Below are positions 19,303-29,997 of a DNA stretch of 64,000 nt, piece by piece. The DNA is from Acidobacteriota bacterium (GTDB taxonomy: Bacteria > Acidobacteriota > UBA6911 > RPQK01 > JAJDTT01): NCBI GenBank assembly GCA_965209055.1, contig OZ242374.1, positions 2,624,001-2,688,000 on the forward strand, written 5' to 3'. Under the pieces are notes generated by a model. The model was not told the DNA's origin, did no database searches, and was given only the letters and a program-made list of their open reading frames with translations. A program made the translations under genes and the position numbers. Position 1 is the stretch's first letter. Each line of letters begins with the position of its first letter.

Positions 19303-22122
19303 TCAAGCCCGTTCCAGGGCCTGTCTCAGAAATCGCCCGGTATAGGATCCGTCGGTGCGGGCGATGGTCTCGGGGGTTCCCTCCGCCACCAGGTGCCCGC
19401 CCTTGTCCCCTCCCTCGGGACCGAGGTCGATGACCCAGTCGGCGCTGCGGATCACGTCCATGTTGTGCTCGATAATCACGACGGTGGCCTGTTTCGAGAT
19501 CAACCGGTCCAGAGCTCGCAGGAGCTTCTGGATGTCGTCGAAGTGGAGTCCGGTGGTCGGCTCGTCCAGGATGAAGATCGAATCGGACCGGGTGGACTTG
19601 GCCAGGTAGGAAGCCAGCTTGATCCGTTGCGCCTCCCCTCCGGAGAGAGTGGTGGAGGGTTGGCCCAGTTTTACGTATCCGAGGCCCACGTCTTCCAGCA
19701 CCTTGAGCTTTTTTGAAAGGCGGGGAAACGGCCGGAAAAACTCCAGAGCCTCAGTCACGGTCAGGCCGAGCACTTCGGCGATGTTCTTGCCCCGGTAGCC
19801 GATTTCCAGAATCGTGGACTTGTATCGCGTCCCGCGGCAGTCTTCACAGGTCAGCTCCACGTCGGCCAGGAACTGCATGTTCACCGTTGAGAAGCCCACT
19901 CCGTCACAGGTCTCGCAACGGCCTCCCGGTATGTTGAAGGAGAAGTGGCCGGGACGGAGGTTCTGCCGCTGCGAAGCCCGCTGCGACGCGAAGATCTGGC
20001 GAATCTCGTCGAACGCTTTGAGATAGGTGACGGGGTTGGAGCGCGGCGATTTCCCGATGGGCGACTGGTCCACCAGGAGGATCTCCTCCACCAGTTCGGC
20101 GCCTTCGATGCGGTCGAACTTTCCCACCTCGCCCTTCCATTGAGACTTCTGTTTCTTGAGGCCGGCGTAGATCACGTCCCCCACCAGGGTCGATTTTCCG
20201 GACCCTGAGACTCCCGTGATGCAGACCATCAGTCCCAGGGGCAGGCGCACATCCAAATTTTTCAGATTGTGCTGGCGGGCTCCACGGACGGTCACGAACC
20301 GGTCGCCGCAGGAACGCCGGTAGAACGGTGTGGGGACCCGGCGCTCGCCGCGGAGGTACTGCGCCGTCAGGGAGTCGGCGGCGGTCCGCAGGGAGTCCAC
20401 GCCGCCGCTGTAGACCACGTGTCCGCCATGCTCCCCCGGCCCCGGGCCCAGGTCCACCACCTGATCCGCCGATTCGATCATTTCCCGTTCGTGCTCGACC
20501 ACCACGATGGTGTTGCCCAGATCCCGCAGATTTCTCAGGATGGAGATGAGGCGCCGCGTGTCTCTGGGATGGAGTCCCACGGAGGGTTCATCCAGCACGT
20601 AGAGGGTTCCGGTCAGGGACGAACCCAAGGCGGCGGCCAACTGGATCCGCTGCATTTCTCCTCCGCTCAGGGTGCTGGTGATGCGGTCCAGGGTCAGATA
20701 GTCGAGTCCCACCTTCATCAGAAAGTCGAGGCGTTGCCGGATCTCTCGGAGCAGGGAATCCGCCACTGCCCGCTGGCTCTCATTCAGGCGGAGCCGGCGA
20801 AAGAATTTCTGGATTTCCTGAATCGGCATGGAGGTGAGCCGGGAGATGCGGCGCCCTCCCAGTTGAACGTCCCTCGCCTCCTGGCAGAGGCGTTCTCCCG
20901 AACAGTCGGGGCACCGGGTGTATCCCCGGTATCGGCTGATCAGGATCCGGATGTGCATCTTGTACTTCTTCCGTTCCAGGTAGGCGAAAAACCCCTTGAC
21001 TCCGGGAAAGCCGTCGCTTCCGTCCCAGATCCGGCGCCGAACCGTCTCGGAGAGGTCCTGGTAGGGGACGTCCAACGGGATGCCCTCTCGAAGCGCGTAC
21101 TCCTGCAGCTTCCGGCCGAATCTTCGATAGCGCGGCTTGTTGAAGGGGTCTACGGGTCCCTCGGCCAGCGTCCTCGCCGGGTCCGGGATGATGAGGTCCG
21201 GATCCAGGGTGATGGTGCTCCCGAAGCCATGGCAGGTTGGACAGGCCCCATAGGGATTGTTGAAGGAGAAGAGCCGGGGTTCCGGAACCCGGTAGGAGAT
21301 CCGGCAGTACTGGCACTCCAACCGTTGGGTGAACTCCAGTTCCCGGTCGGCGCTCCGGCCGTCATTGGAAAGGATCGAGATCCGGGCAGCCCCTCCACCC
21401 TGGTGAAAACAGGTCTCCAGGGAATCGCGCAATCGCTGGCGCGCAGTGTCCCGGACCACAACTCGATCGACCAGGACCCGGGCGTTCGAAAGATCTGTGG
21501 CCAGCAGTCCGTCCTGGACCTGGACCACCCGGAGGCGTCCCGCGTCTTCCAGCACGAGGCGATGAAACCCCTGCTTCATCAGGGGGCCGGCCAGTTCCGT
21601 CAAGGGCGCGCCCGGTTCCGGCTGCAGGATCGACCCGGACAAGGAAAAACAGAGAAACAGCCGGGTCCCTTCCGGTAGCCGAAGCAACTGGAGGACCACC
21701 TGTTCCACGGTGTCGCGTTTCACCTGGCGGCCGCATCCGCGGCAGACCAGAGTGCCGATCCGGGCATAGACGAGACGCAGATGGTCGTAGATCTCGGTGA
21801 CGGTTCCCACCGTCGATCTGGGGTTTCGGGAGACCGTCTTCTGCCGTATGGCGATGGCGGGACTGAGCCCGTCGATCTTCCGGACCAAGGGTTTGCGGAT
21901 CCGTTCCAGGAACTGGCGGGCGTACGCCGACAGAGACTCCACGTAGCGGCGCTGGCCCTCGGCATACAAGGTGTCGAATGCCAGCGAAGACTTGCCCGAT
22001 CCGCTGACTCCGGTAATCACCGTGAGCCGGTTGATGGGGATCCGAAGATCGATGTTCTTCAGATTGTTCTGGCGCGCACCCGCAATTCGGATCCAGGCGC
22101 CGTCGTGGTCTTCGCCATTCAT
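19303..22122 (-). CDS. uvrA: Excinuclease ABC subunit A
   Basis: Two GVSGSGKS Walker A motifs, LYAEGQRRY, LSGGE signatures, Zn-finger CxxC. Confidence 0.96.
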   Translation of the reverse strand: MNGEDHDGAWIRIAGARQNNLKNIDLRIPINRLTVITGVSGSGKSSLAFDTLYAEGQRRYVESLSAYARQFLERIRKPLVRKIDGLSPAIAIRQKTVSRNPRSTVGTVTEIYDHLRLVYARIGTLVCRGCGRQVKRDTVEQVVLQLLRLPEGTRLFLCFSLSGSILQPEPGAPLTELAGPLMKQGFHRLVLEDAGRLRVVQVQDGLLATDLSNARVLVDRVVVRDTARQRLRDSLETCFHQGGGAARISILSNDGRSADRELEFTQRLECQYCRISYRVPEPRLFSFNNPYGACPTCHGFGSTITLDPDLIIPDPARTLAEGPVDPFNKPRYRRFGRKLQEYALREGIPLDVPYQDLSETVRRRIWDGSDGFPGVKGFFAYLERKKYKMHIRILISRYRGYTRCPDCSGERLCQEARDVQLGGRRISRLTSMPIQEIQKFFRRLRLNESQRAVADSLLREIRQRLDFLMKVGLDYLTLDRITSTLSGGEMQRIQLAAALGSSLTGTLYVLDEPSVGLHPRDTRRLISILRNLRDLGNTIVVVEHEREMIESADQVVDLGPGPGEHGGHVVYSGGVDSLRTAADSLTAQYLRGERRVPTPFYRRSCGDRFVTVRGARQHNLKNLDVRLPLGLMVCITGVSGSGKSTLVGDVIYAGLKKQKSQWKGEVGKFDRIEGAELVEEILLVDQSPIGKSPRSNPVTYLKAFDEIRQIFASQRASQRQNLRPGHFSFNIPGGRCETCDGVGFSTVNMQFLADVELTCEDCRGTRYKSTILEIGYRGKNIAEVLGLTVTEALEFFRPFPRLSKKLKVLEDVGLGYVKLGQPSTTLSGGEAQRIKLASYLAKSTRSDSIFILDEPTTGLHFDDIQKLLRALDRLISKQATVVIIEHNMDVIRSADWVIDLGPEGGDKGGHLVAEGTPETIARTDGSYTGRFLRQALERA

Positions 22123-22226
22123 TGAAACACGCCAGTCTATCATCGAATGGGAACAGGATTTGCGACTTGAAGATTCTGGTCCGCAAATTGAAATTCGGCC
22201 CCTTCGGCCCATGATATAGTGACCTC

Positions 22227-23195
22227 ATGAGAATCACTTCGGTCTTTCCGGGGGCGGCTCTTCCGGCGGGAATCGTCCGGATCGAGCTCGATTCTTCGGA
22301 CAACGTTCCGGCCCGTTCCGTTGACGTGGGCGGAGCGGATGCCTCCATCATGGGCGCTTCGCCCCGGGCGCTGACCGTCCGCATCCCCGAAACCGCCGGA
22401 CATGGGATCGCGGTTCACAATCACGCCGTGGCCCGGGCGGAGCTGAACGTGGGCCGCGCCATCGCCTCGGATCTGCAGCCGGTTTCCAATCCGGTGGTGG
22501 ACACTTTCGGGAACGTTTACGTGACCTACAGCGGGACTCGCGGGGAGAAGGTTCCATTCAGCGTTTTCGTCGTCTACACCGACGGCAGCAAGCACCCCTT
22601 TCTGGCGGACATCGTCAATCCGACCGGTCTGGCCATCGGTCCCGACGACTACCTCTACATCAGCAGCCGGCATACCGGGTCCATCTATCGATCGACGTTC
22701 GACCGCCAGGTGGAAAAATTTGCCGAGGGGTTGGGGTTGGCGTCCGGGCTGGTCTTTTCCCCCGCCGGCGACCTCTATGTGGGTGACCGGAGTGGATTCA
22801 TCTACAGGATCTCGCCGAATCGGGAAACCTCGGTGGTGTGTGAGTTGGAGCCGAGCGTCTCCGCCTACCACCTGGCGTGGGGTCCCGACGACCGGCTCTA
22901 CGTCACCGGTCCGACTCTGGCCACACAGGACTGTGTGTACCGGGTCTCGACCGAGGGAGATGTGGAGGTCTTCTTCAAGGGCGTGGGGAGACCCCAGGGT
23001 CTGGCGTTCGACGCCGCCGGCACCCTTCATATCGCCGCTTCGTACCGGGGCAGAAGGGGCCTCTTCTCGGTGGACCGGGAGGAAGCCCGCCTGGTCGTTT
23101 CCGGTCCCATGCTGGTGGGTCTCGCATACAGTGGCGACGGACGACTGCTCTACCTGGTGGACGGATCGCACCTGTACCAGATCGAGCTGAGTTGA
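22227..23195 (+). CDS. Beta-propeller (SMP-30/gluconolactonase/NHL-like) protein
   Basis: Repeated P.GLAF..D.LY blades (NPTGLAIGPDDYLY, RPQGLAFDAAG). Confidence 0.75.
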   Translation: MRITSVFPGAALPAGIVRIELDSSDNVPARSVDVGGADASIMGASPRALTVRIPETAGHGIAVHNHAVARAELNVGRAIASDLQPVSNPVVDTFGNVYVTYSGTRGEKVPFSVFVVYTDGSKHPFLADIVNPTGLAIGPDDYLYISSRHTGSIYRSTFDRQVEKFAEGLGLASGLVFSPAGDLYVGDRSGFIYRISPNRETSVVCELEPSVSAYHLAWGPDDRLYVTGPTLATQDCVYRVSTEGDVEVFFKGVGRPQGLAFDAAGTLHIAASYRGRRGLFSVDREEARLVVSGPMLVGLAYSGDGRLLYLVDGSHLYQIELS

Positions 23196-24364
23196 GCCGG
23201 TCCCGTCCCTCTCTACAGAACTCTTTCCGGGTCGAGCGGAAGGACCCCTGCAGCCACGCCCGGTGCGGTGTGTTGGAGACCGCTCACGGCGCGGTCGAGA
23301 CCCCGGTGTTCATGCCGGTGGGAACCGCGGCCACGGTCAAGGCCATGTCCCCGGATGTCCTGGAGGAGCTTGGGGCCGGGATCATCCTCGCCAATGCGTA
23401 TCATCTTTACCTGCGTCCCGGCGAGGCCGTGGTCGGGAAGATGGCGGGTTTGCACCGCTACATGTCGTGGAATCGCGGCATTCTGACCGACAGCGGCGGG
23501 TACCAGGTCTTCAGCCACCGGAGGCTCAGGACCATTCGGGAGGATGGCGTCGAGTTCCGCTCCCACCTGGACGGAAGCCCCCATTTTCTGAGTCCGGAGG
23601 ATGTGGTCCGGATCCAGGAGACTCTGGGTTCCGACATCGCCATGGTCCTGGACGAGTGCACGCCCTATCCCGTGGACCGGGAGCGGGCGCGGAGTTCCAT
23701 GGACCGTTCGATGCGCTGGGCGCGCCGTTCGAAAGACAGGCACCGGGACCGCGGGCAGATGCTCTTCGGCATCGTGCAGGGAGGCATGTATCCCGACCTT
23801 CGCCGGGAGAGTCTCGAGCGGCTCGCGGAGATGGACTTTCAGGGGCTGGCGCTGGGAGGGTTCAGCGTCGGCGAACCGAAACCGCTCATGTATGACCTGG
23901 TCCAGGAGCTGGGCCCGCGCATGCCGGCGATCCTGCCGCGCTACCTGATGGGCGTGGGAACCCCTCTGGATCTTCTTTTTTGCGTCCGGCAGGGAATCGA
24001 CATGTTCGATTGCGTGCTGCCGACGCGGAACGCCCGCAACGGCACACTCTTCACCTCCCGGGGACGGCTCAACATCAGGAACGCGGCCTACCGGACCCAG
24101 GAGGAGGCGTTGGACCCCGATTGCGCGTGCCGGGTCTGCCGGCGTTTCAGCCGAGCCTACCTGAGGCATCTGCACGTCGCCGGAGAGATCCTTTCCCTAG
24201 TCTTGAACACCTACCACAACCTCTACTTTTACCTTGACTTGATGCGCAAAATCCGCCAGAGTATCGCGTCCGGAACGCTCCTGGAATTGGAGAATCACTA
24301 CCGGGTTCAGTACCGTGCGGCAAAGCGCGGGGATGGACCCTCTGAGGCAGACAAACAATCATGA
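23192..24364 (+). CDS. tgt: Queuine tRNA-ribosyltransferase
   Basis: TPVFMPVGT, TDSGGYQ, GIVQGG, RYLMGVG, DCVLPTR, CxCxxC; TTG start inferred from TTGA overlap. Confidence 0.96.
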   Translation: MSRSRPSLQNSFRVERKDPCSHARCGVLETAHGAVETPVFMPVGTAATVKAMSPDVLEELGAGIILANAYHLYLRPGEAVVGKMAGLHRYMSWNRGILTDSGGYQVFSHRRLRTIREDGVEFRSHLDGSPHFLSPEDVVRIQETLGSDIAMVLDECTPYPVDRERARSSMDRSMRWARRSKDRHRDRGQMLFGIVQGGMYPDLRRESLERLAEMDFQGLALGGFSVGEPKPLMYDLVQELGPRMPAILPRYLMGVGTPLDLLFCVRQGIDMFDCVLPTRNARNGTLFTSRGRLNIRNAAYRTQEEALDPDCACRVCRRFSRAYLRHLHVAGEILSLVLNTYHNLYFYLDLMRKIRQSIASGTLLELENHYRVQYRAAKRGDGPSEADKQS

Positions 24365-24657
24365 CGGAGTCACTCTTCCTGGCCCAGCAATCCGGTTCGT
24401 CCTTGACCGGATTCCTCCCGATCCTGCTGCTGGTGGCGATCTTCTACTTCATGCTCTATCGGCCGATGCGAAAGCGGCAGAAGAATCATGAGGAGATGAT
24501 CTCGTCGCTCAAGACCGGCAGCAAGGTGATCACGAGCGGCGGCGTTCATGGAACCGTCGTGGCCGTCAAGGACAATACGGTCATGTTGAAAGTGGCCGAT
24601 CAGGTCAAGATCGAGGTGACCAAGAGCGCCATATCCTCGCGGCAGGTCACCGACTAG
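24361..24657 (+). CDS. yajC: Preprotein translocase subunit YajC
   Basis: FYFMLYRP, VITSGGVHG. Confidence 0.95.
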   Translation: MTESLFLAQQSGSSLTGFLPILLLVAIFYFMLYRPMRKRQKNHEEMISSLKTGSKVITSGGVHGTVVAVKDNTVMLKVADQVKIEVTKSAISSRQVTD

Positions 24658-24692
24658 TCCGTTTGACCCCGCGGTTTTCAAGCTGAAGCAAG

Positions 24693-26279
24693 ATGAAGAG
24701 GAAACTTCAGTACAGATTGCTCTTCGCCCTGGCCGTCTTCGCGGTCAGCGTCTATTTCTTCTACCCCCCCTCCGAGAAGGTCAAGCTGGGCCTGGACCTC
24801 AAGGGCGGAATACACCTCGTGCTTCAGGTCATCATCGACGACGCTCTCAAGGCGGAGGCGCATCTCCTGAGAGATCGCCTGGCGCGGGCGCTCGAGGATG
24901 AGGAAGCCGCGTTCCAGGAAATCCGGGTCAATCCACAACTGGAGATCGAGATCCTCGGTGTGCCCGAGGAATCGGCCGATGCCGTCGAGGATCAACTGGA
25001 CGGGTATTCGGGGGGCTACAGCTACCGGACCCGGTACAATCAGGGCCGGCAGGACTTCACCCTCGGGATCAGTTCGGCATATCGCAAGGAGTTGGCGAAC
25101 CTGACGGTCCGTCAGGCCCGGGAGACGATCCAAAACCGGGTGGACCAGTACGGCGTCGCCGAGCCCACCATCACCGTTTACGGAAGCGGCGAGGTCCAGG
25201 ATCAGATCATCGTCGAATTGCCCGGAGTCGAAGATCCCGACCGGGTGATCAAACTCATCCGGAGCACGGCGAGGCTGGAACTGAAGCTGGTGCATCCGGC
25301 CCGGGGCGGCCCCTACGGGACTCGACAGGGGGCGGAAGACGCTTTCGACGGCTCGGTCCCGGACGAGTACGAGATTCTGCCCTATCGGAACCCCTCCGAA
25401 ATCGGGAGCCAGACGCAGTACATGGTGGTCCGCAGGGCCGCGACCATCAGCGGCCAGCACATGAAGAACGCCCGGCGAACCCAGGACAGCTTCACGGGGC
25501 GCTGGAACGTCACCTTTTTTCTGAACTCGGAGGGGCGACAGTTGTTTGCGCCCGCCACCGAGCAGAACGTGGGCAATCCGCTGGCCATCGTTCTGGACGG
25601 CGAGATCCGGACCTTTCCCAATATCAGTGAGAAGATCGACACGGAATCGGCCCAGATCACCGGGAACTATACGCCCGAAGAGGCGGAGGATCTGGCGTTG
25701 GTGCTTCGGTCGGGAGCTCTCCCTGCCTCCATCCGGATCATCGAGAACCAGATCATCGGACCCTCTCTGGGGATGGACTCGATTCGGAGCGGCCTGTCGG
25801 CGTCCGCACTGGGACTGCTCCTGGTGATCGTCACGGTCCTGTTCATCTATCGCTTTTCCGGCGTCAACGCCGTGGTCTGCCTGGTATTGAACCTGGTGAT
25901 CCTGGTGGGGGTCCTGGCCTACTTCAGGGCGACGCTGACTCTGCCGGGAATTGCCGGGGTCATCCTCACCATCGGCATGGCCATCGACGCCAACATTCTC
26001 ATTTTCGAGCGGATCAAGGAGGAGCTGCGCCTGGGGAAGACGGTCCGGTCGGGGGTCGAAGCGGCGTTCGGACGCGTCTTCATCACCATTTTGGACACCA
26101 ATATCACGACCTTGATCGGAGCCCTCTTCCTGTTCCAGTTCGGTACCGGACCCATCCGTGGATTCGCGGTGACCCTTTCGGTGGGACTGGTGGCAAACAT
26201 CTTCACCGCGACCTTCGTCTCCCGCACCCTGTTCGGGCTGATTCTCCAGGGTAAACCGCGAGAGTCGCTGTCGATCTGA
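24693..26279 (+). CDS. secD: Protein translocase subunit SecD
   Basis: LGLDLKGG, GVAEP, LRSGALP, IGMAIDANILIFERIKEE. Confidence 0.97.
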   Translation: MKRKLQYRLLFALAVFAVSVYFFYPPSEKVKLGLDLKGGIHLVLQVIIDDALKAEAHLLRDRLARALEDEEAAFQEIRVNPQLEIEILGVPEESADAVEDQLDGYSGGYSYRTRYNQGRQDFTLGISSAYRKELANLTVRQARETIQNRVDQYGVAEPTITVYGSGEVQDQIIVELPGVEDPDRVIKLIRSTARLELKLVHPARGGPYGTRQGAEDAFDGSVPDEYEILPYRNPSEIGSQTQYMVVRRAATISGQHMKNARRTQDSFTGRWNVTFFLNSEGRQLFAPATEQNVGNPLAIVLDGEIRTFPNISEKIDTESAQITGNYTPEEAEDLALVLRSGALPASIRIIENQIIGPSLGMDSIRSGLSASALGLLLVIVTVLFIYRFSGVNAVVCLVLNLVILVGVLAYFRATLTLPGIAGVILTIGMAIDANILIFERIKEELRLGKTVRSGVEAAFGRVFITILDTNITTLIGALFLFQFGTGPIRGFAVTLSVGLVANIFTATFVSRTLFGLILQGKPRESLSI

Positions 26280-26286
26280 GGGATCC

Positions 26287-27462
26287 ATGGACATCGTCAA
26301 AGAGCCCAAGATCGACTGGCTGCGCAAGAGGTGGCTCTTTCTGGGCATGTCGCTGCTTCTGATCCTGGCCGGATTGGCTTCCATCGTCACGAAGGGCGGG
26401 CTCAAGATGGGCGTCGATTTCGTCGGCGGCACGCTGGTCTACGCCCGCTTCAAGGAGGAGCCCTCACTGGATCGGATCCGGGGAGCTCTGGCGGAGGGCG
26501 GGCTCCGGGCCGAGGGAGTGACCCGGTTCGACGATCTTACCAAGAACGAAGTCCAGATCCGCCTCGCCCGCATCGAAAGTGAAGAGACCGCCGACCTGAT
26601 CCTGGAAAGCGACAACATCGCTCAAGCCCTGCGCCAGGAATACGACTCGGATTCGCAAGGGAAGCTCCGGGTGGACCTCAACAACGTCCCCCGGTCGGAA
26701 CTCTCCACGCGGCTCCAGGAATGGAACCCCGAAGGGTTGCAGGAGGATTCTTCGGCAACGGGCCTTTCCGCCCACTACCAGGAGGTGGCTTCCAGGATCG
26801 TCGATCTCAGGACCAGCGTCGGACTGTTCGGAGACTACTCGGAATTGTCCGAGGCGGGTCTGGGACCGGATACGATCAAGGCGATCGAGGAGAATTCCTA
26901 TCTCGGCAACTTCGTGGTGCTGAGCGTGGAAAGCGTGGGTCCCAAGGTCGGGCAGGAGATGCAGGAGAGGGCCTGGAACGCCGTCTTCTTCTCGCTGCTG
27001 GGCATTCTGGCCTACATCACGATCCGGTTCAAATTCGTGCATGGCCTCGCGGCCATCGCGGCGTTGTTTCACGACGTGCTGATTACCGTGGGCGCCCTGT
27101 CGCTGACGGATCGGGAATTGACATTGACGGTCGTGGCGGCGTTGCTGACCCTGGTCGGCTATTCCATCAACGACACCATCGTCGTATTCGACCGGCTGCG
27201 GGAGAACGAGGTTCGAATGAGGCGATCGAGTTTCTACGATCGCATCAATGCCAGCATCAATCAGATCCTGAACCGTACCATCATGACCTCCGGATCGACG
27301 TTCGTGGCTCTGCTGGCCCTCTTCCTTTTGGGAGGACCGGTGCTCAACAGCTTCTCCTTCGCCCTGGTCATAGGTATAATCGTCGGGACATACTCGTCCA
27401 TCGGCGTCGCCAGCCCCATCGTTTCGGGCTGGCACAAGTTCAGGGAGTCCCGGCGCAATTGA
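26287..27462 (+). CDS. secF: Protein translocase subunit SecF
   Basis: GVDFVGG, VGPKVG, GYSINDTIVVFDR, GTYSSI. Confidence 0.97.
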   Translation: MDIVKEPKIDWLRKRWLFLGMSLLLILAGLASIVTKGGLKMGVDFVGGTLVYARFKEEPSLDRIRGALAEGGLRAEGVTRFDDLTKNEVQIRLARIESEETADLILESDNIAQALRQEYDSDSQGKLRVDLNNVPRSELSTRLQEWNPEGLQEDSSATGLSAHYQEVASRIVDLRTSVGLFGDYSELSEAGLGPDTIKAIEENSYLGNFVVLSVESVGPKVGQEMQERAWNAVFFSLLGILAYITIRFKFVHGLAAIAALFHDVLITVGALSLTDRELTLTVVAALLTLVGYSINDTIVVFDRLRENEVRMRRSSFYDRINASINQILNRTIMTSGSTFVALLALFLLGGPVLNSFSFALVIGIIVGTYSSIGVASPIVSGWHKFRESRRN

Positions 27463-27488
27463 GAAAGCGTTTGGGTCGGGTTAGACTC

Positions 27489-27517
27489 TTGACTCGCCAA
27501 AAGGCGGGTAGTAGTAT
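27489..27517 (+). promoter_or_regulatory. Putative sigma70 promoter of the tonB-exbBD operon
   Basis: TTGACT (27489-27494), 17-bp spacer, TAGTAT (27512-27517). Confidence 0.6.
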
Positions 27518-27582
27518 CTCCGGCGTGTTTTCCGGGGGGAGCTTACCTTAAGATCTTCGGGGCATAGAGAGGGCGGCTGACC

Positions 27583-28344
27583 ATGTTTGATCAACTCATT
27601 GAATCTTCGACGACACGGGAGAGCCGAGGCAAAAGCCTCGTGTTCATGTCCCTGATGATCCATCTGGTCATCGTGGCAATCCTGATCGTGATTCCTCTGA
27701 TCTACTATCAGGGGCTCCCGGAGCAGGAACTCCTGACCATGTTGGCCCCGCCGCCACCGCCACCGCCGCCGCCGCCGCCACCGCCGCCGCCACCGGCGCC
27801 CATCAAGAGACAGCGAGTCCAGGTGGTCAAGTTGGATCCATCCCAGTTCGTTGCTCCGACCGAGGTTCCCAAGGAGATTCCCGTACCCATGGATGACATC
27901 CCCGAGGTGTCCTCTCTGAGCGGTATCACCGGAGGGATCCCGGGCGGTGTTCCGGGAGGCATCCCGGGTGGGATTCCGGGCGGCATGATCGGCGGAGTGA
28001 TCGGTGCGCTTCCTTCAGAGGCGCCGCCACCGCCGCCACCGCCCAAGAAGAAGAAGGATCCGATCCGCGTAGGCGGCAACGTCCAGGCTTCAAGGCTGGT
28101 CCATCGGGTGGAGCCGGAGTATCCCGAGTTGGCCAAACGGGCGCGGGTTTCCGGCATGGTCATTCTGCAGGTCATCGTCAGCGAGGGTGGCTCGGTCCAG
28201 GAAGTCAAGATCGTCCGGGGACATCCCTTGTTGAACGATGCCGCCACTCGTGCAGTGAGACAGTGGCGTTATTCGCCGTACCTGCTCAATGGCGAGCCAA
28301 TTCCGGTCATCGCCACCGTCACGGTGAACTTCGTCCTCAGGTGA
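27583..28344 (+). CDS. tonB: Energy transducer TonB
   Basis: TM with SxxxH, poly-Pro linker, GGxPGG repeats, C-terminal YPELA...AVRQWRY. Confidence 0.9.
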   Translation: MFDQLIESSTTRESRGKSLVFMSLMIHLVIVAILIVIPLIYYQGLPEQELLTMLAPPPPPPPPPPPPPPPPAPIKRQRVQVVKLDPSQFVAPTEVPKEIPVPMDDIPEVSSLSGITGGIPGGVPGGIPGGIPGGMIGGVIGALPSEAPPPPPPPKKKKDPIRVGGNVQASRLVHRVEPEYPELAKRARVSGMVILQVIVSEGGSVQEVKIVRGHPLLNDAATRAVRQWRYSPYLLNGEPIPVIATVTVNFVLR

Positions 28345-28412
28345 GGGCGTTTTCTTGAGATCGCTTCGGCGCGAAATCGCAAGTTATTCAGGTCATTGGG
28401 GAGGATAGAAGG

Positions 28413-29090
28413 ATGGAAGTAGGATTTGTCGAGCTTTGGGGCCATATGGGATTCCTGGCCAAGGCGGTCGTTGTCGTTCTGGGGATACAGTCCGTGTGGT
28501 CCATCGCCGTTATGGCCGAACGGTATCTCTTGTATCGGGCGGCCCGGAAACAGTCGCAAGAGTTTGCTCCGGCAGTCGCCGAGAGTCTTGCGAACGGAAA
28601 TATCCAGGAAGCCATCGAACTGTCCGAGGAAAAGAAGAAGAGCCACCTGGCCAAGGTGGTCGCCGCCGGCTTGAACGAGTTCCAGGCGCATCAGGGCTCC
28701 ACGGCTACCATTTCAGGTCAGACCATCGACGCGTCTCGCCGGGCGCTGCAGCGCGCGACGGCGGTCGGAGTCGAAGAGTTCAAACGCGGCTTGGGCGGTC
28801 TCGCCACCATCGGCGCCACCGCGCCGTTCGTCGGACTGTTCGGAACGACGGTCGGCATCATCAATGCCTTCGCCGGCATGAGCCAAGCCGAAGACACGGG
28901 TCTGGCCGCGGTGGCCGGCGGCATCTCCGAAGCCTTGGTGGCGACGGCCATCGGTCTCTTCGTGGCGGTGCCCGCAGTCTGGATGTACAACTACTTCACG
29001 GGGAAGGTCGAATCGTTCGTGGTGGAGATGGACAACTCCTCCTCCGAGCTCATCGACTACTTCCTGAAGAGGAATTCCGATGGCAGTTAG
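28413..29090 (+). CDS. exbB: MotA/TolQ/ExbB proton channel
   Basis: LATIGATAPFVGLFGTT, GISEALVATAIGL. Confidence 0.9.
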   Translation: MEVGFVELWGHMGFLAKAVVVVLGIQSVWSIAVMAERYLLYRAARKQSQEFAPAVAESLANGNIQEAIELSEEKKKSHLAKVVAAGLNEFQAHQGSTATISGQTIDASRRALQRATAVGVEEFKRGLGGLATIGATAPFVGLFGTTVGIINAFAGMSQAEDTGLAAVAGGISEALVATAIGLFVAVPAVWMYNYFTGKVESFVVEMDNSSSELIDYFLKRNSDGS

Positions 29091-29514
29091 CGGAATGGGT
29101 CAGAGCGGCGTCAGCGCCGACATCAACGTGACTCCCATGGCCGACATCATGTTGGTCCTCCTGATCATCTTCATGATCACGACCCCGCTGCTGCAGGAGG
29201 GCGTCTTCGTCAACAAGGCGAAGGCCAAGAATGCGCAGGAAGCGGAAGGCGTGGAAGCGGAAGAGGCCACCACGGTGACGGTCACTCGTGATGAACTCAT
29301 CTATATGAACAAGAGGCCGGTTCCGGATGAGAATCTGATCGAGCAGTTGACGGAGCGGGCCGAGCTGGCCGGCGACAGGCCGCTGTTCATCAAGAGCGAC
29401 GTGGCCACGTCCTATGGGCGGGTTGTGCAAGTGATCAACAGCGCCCGGGATTCCGGTTTCCAGAAGATCGGCCTGTTGGTGGACCGGGAAAAGCAGCAGG
29501 AAAGGATATTCTGA
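29080..29514 (+). CDS. exbD: ExbD/TolR family protein (copy 1)
   Basis: INVTPMADIMLVLLIIFM. Confidence 0.9.
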   Translation: MAVSGMGQSGVSADINVTPMADIMLVLLIIFMITTPLLQEGVFVNKAKAKNAQEAEGVEAEEATTVTVTRDELIYMNKRPVPDENLIEQLTERAELAGDRPLFIKSDVATSYGRVVQVINSARDSGFQKIGLLVDREKQQERIF

Positions 29515-29517
29515 GCC

Positions 29518-29928
29518 ATGGCGATGCAAACCGGTGGCAGGGGGGCGATGGGCGACATCAACGTCACGCCGTATATTGACATCCTCCTGGTGCTCCTCAT
29601 CATCTTCATGGTGATTCAGCCCACCACCCAGTACGATCTGGAGGCCAGGGTTCCTGAGAAGGCGCCCGAAGACATCCCGGAAGACGTCATCGTCAAATCG
29701 GACGCCATTGTCGTCTCAATCGATTCCCAGGGACTGCTGCGCATCAACCAGGATCCGGTGACTCTGGACCAGTTGCCCAATCGATTGTTCGACATCTACA
29801 GCGCGCGTGCCAACAAGAACATGTTCATCCAGGGGGACCCGGATCTTTCCTTCGGAGATGTGGTTCGCATCATCGACATTGCAAAAGGGTCCGGAGTCGG
29901 AGATATCGGCCTGATGACGCCGGAGTGA
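29518..29928 (+). CDS. exbD: ExbD/TolR family protein (copy 2)
   Basis: INVTPYIDILLVLLIIFM. Confidence 0.9.
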   Translation: MAMQTGGRGAMGDINVTPYIDILLVLLIIFMVIQPTTQYDLEARVPEKAPEDIPEDVIVKSDAIVVSIDSQGLLRINQDPVTLDQLPNRLFDIYSARANKNMFIQGDPDLSFGDVVRIIDIAKGSGVGDIGLMTPE

Positions 29929-29997
29929 TCGCGCTCCCTCCGGAGCCGGCATCAGGCGGACTCCACGAAACCTGAAAGAGGCAAGGGCAGGTTTGAG

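Noticed and set aside
9691-26432. Long antisense ORFs (e.g. 9691-11514, 13780-16047, 16881-19001, 24678-26432)
   Set aside because: Shadow ORFs from high GC3 opposite well-recognised genes, with no motifs.
27745-28045. CCG/CCA and GGxPGG low-complexity repeats
   Set aside because: Ordinary proline/glycine-rich TonB linker.
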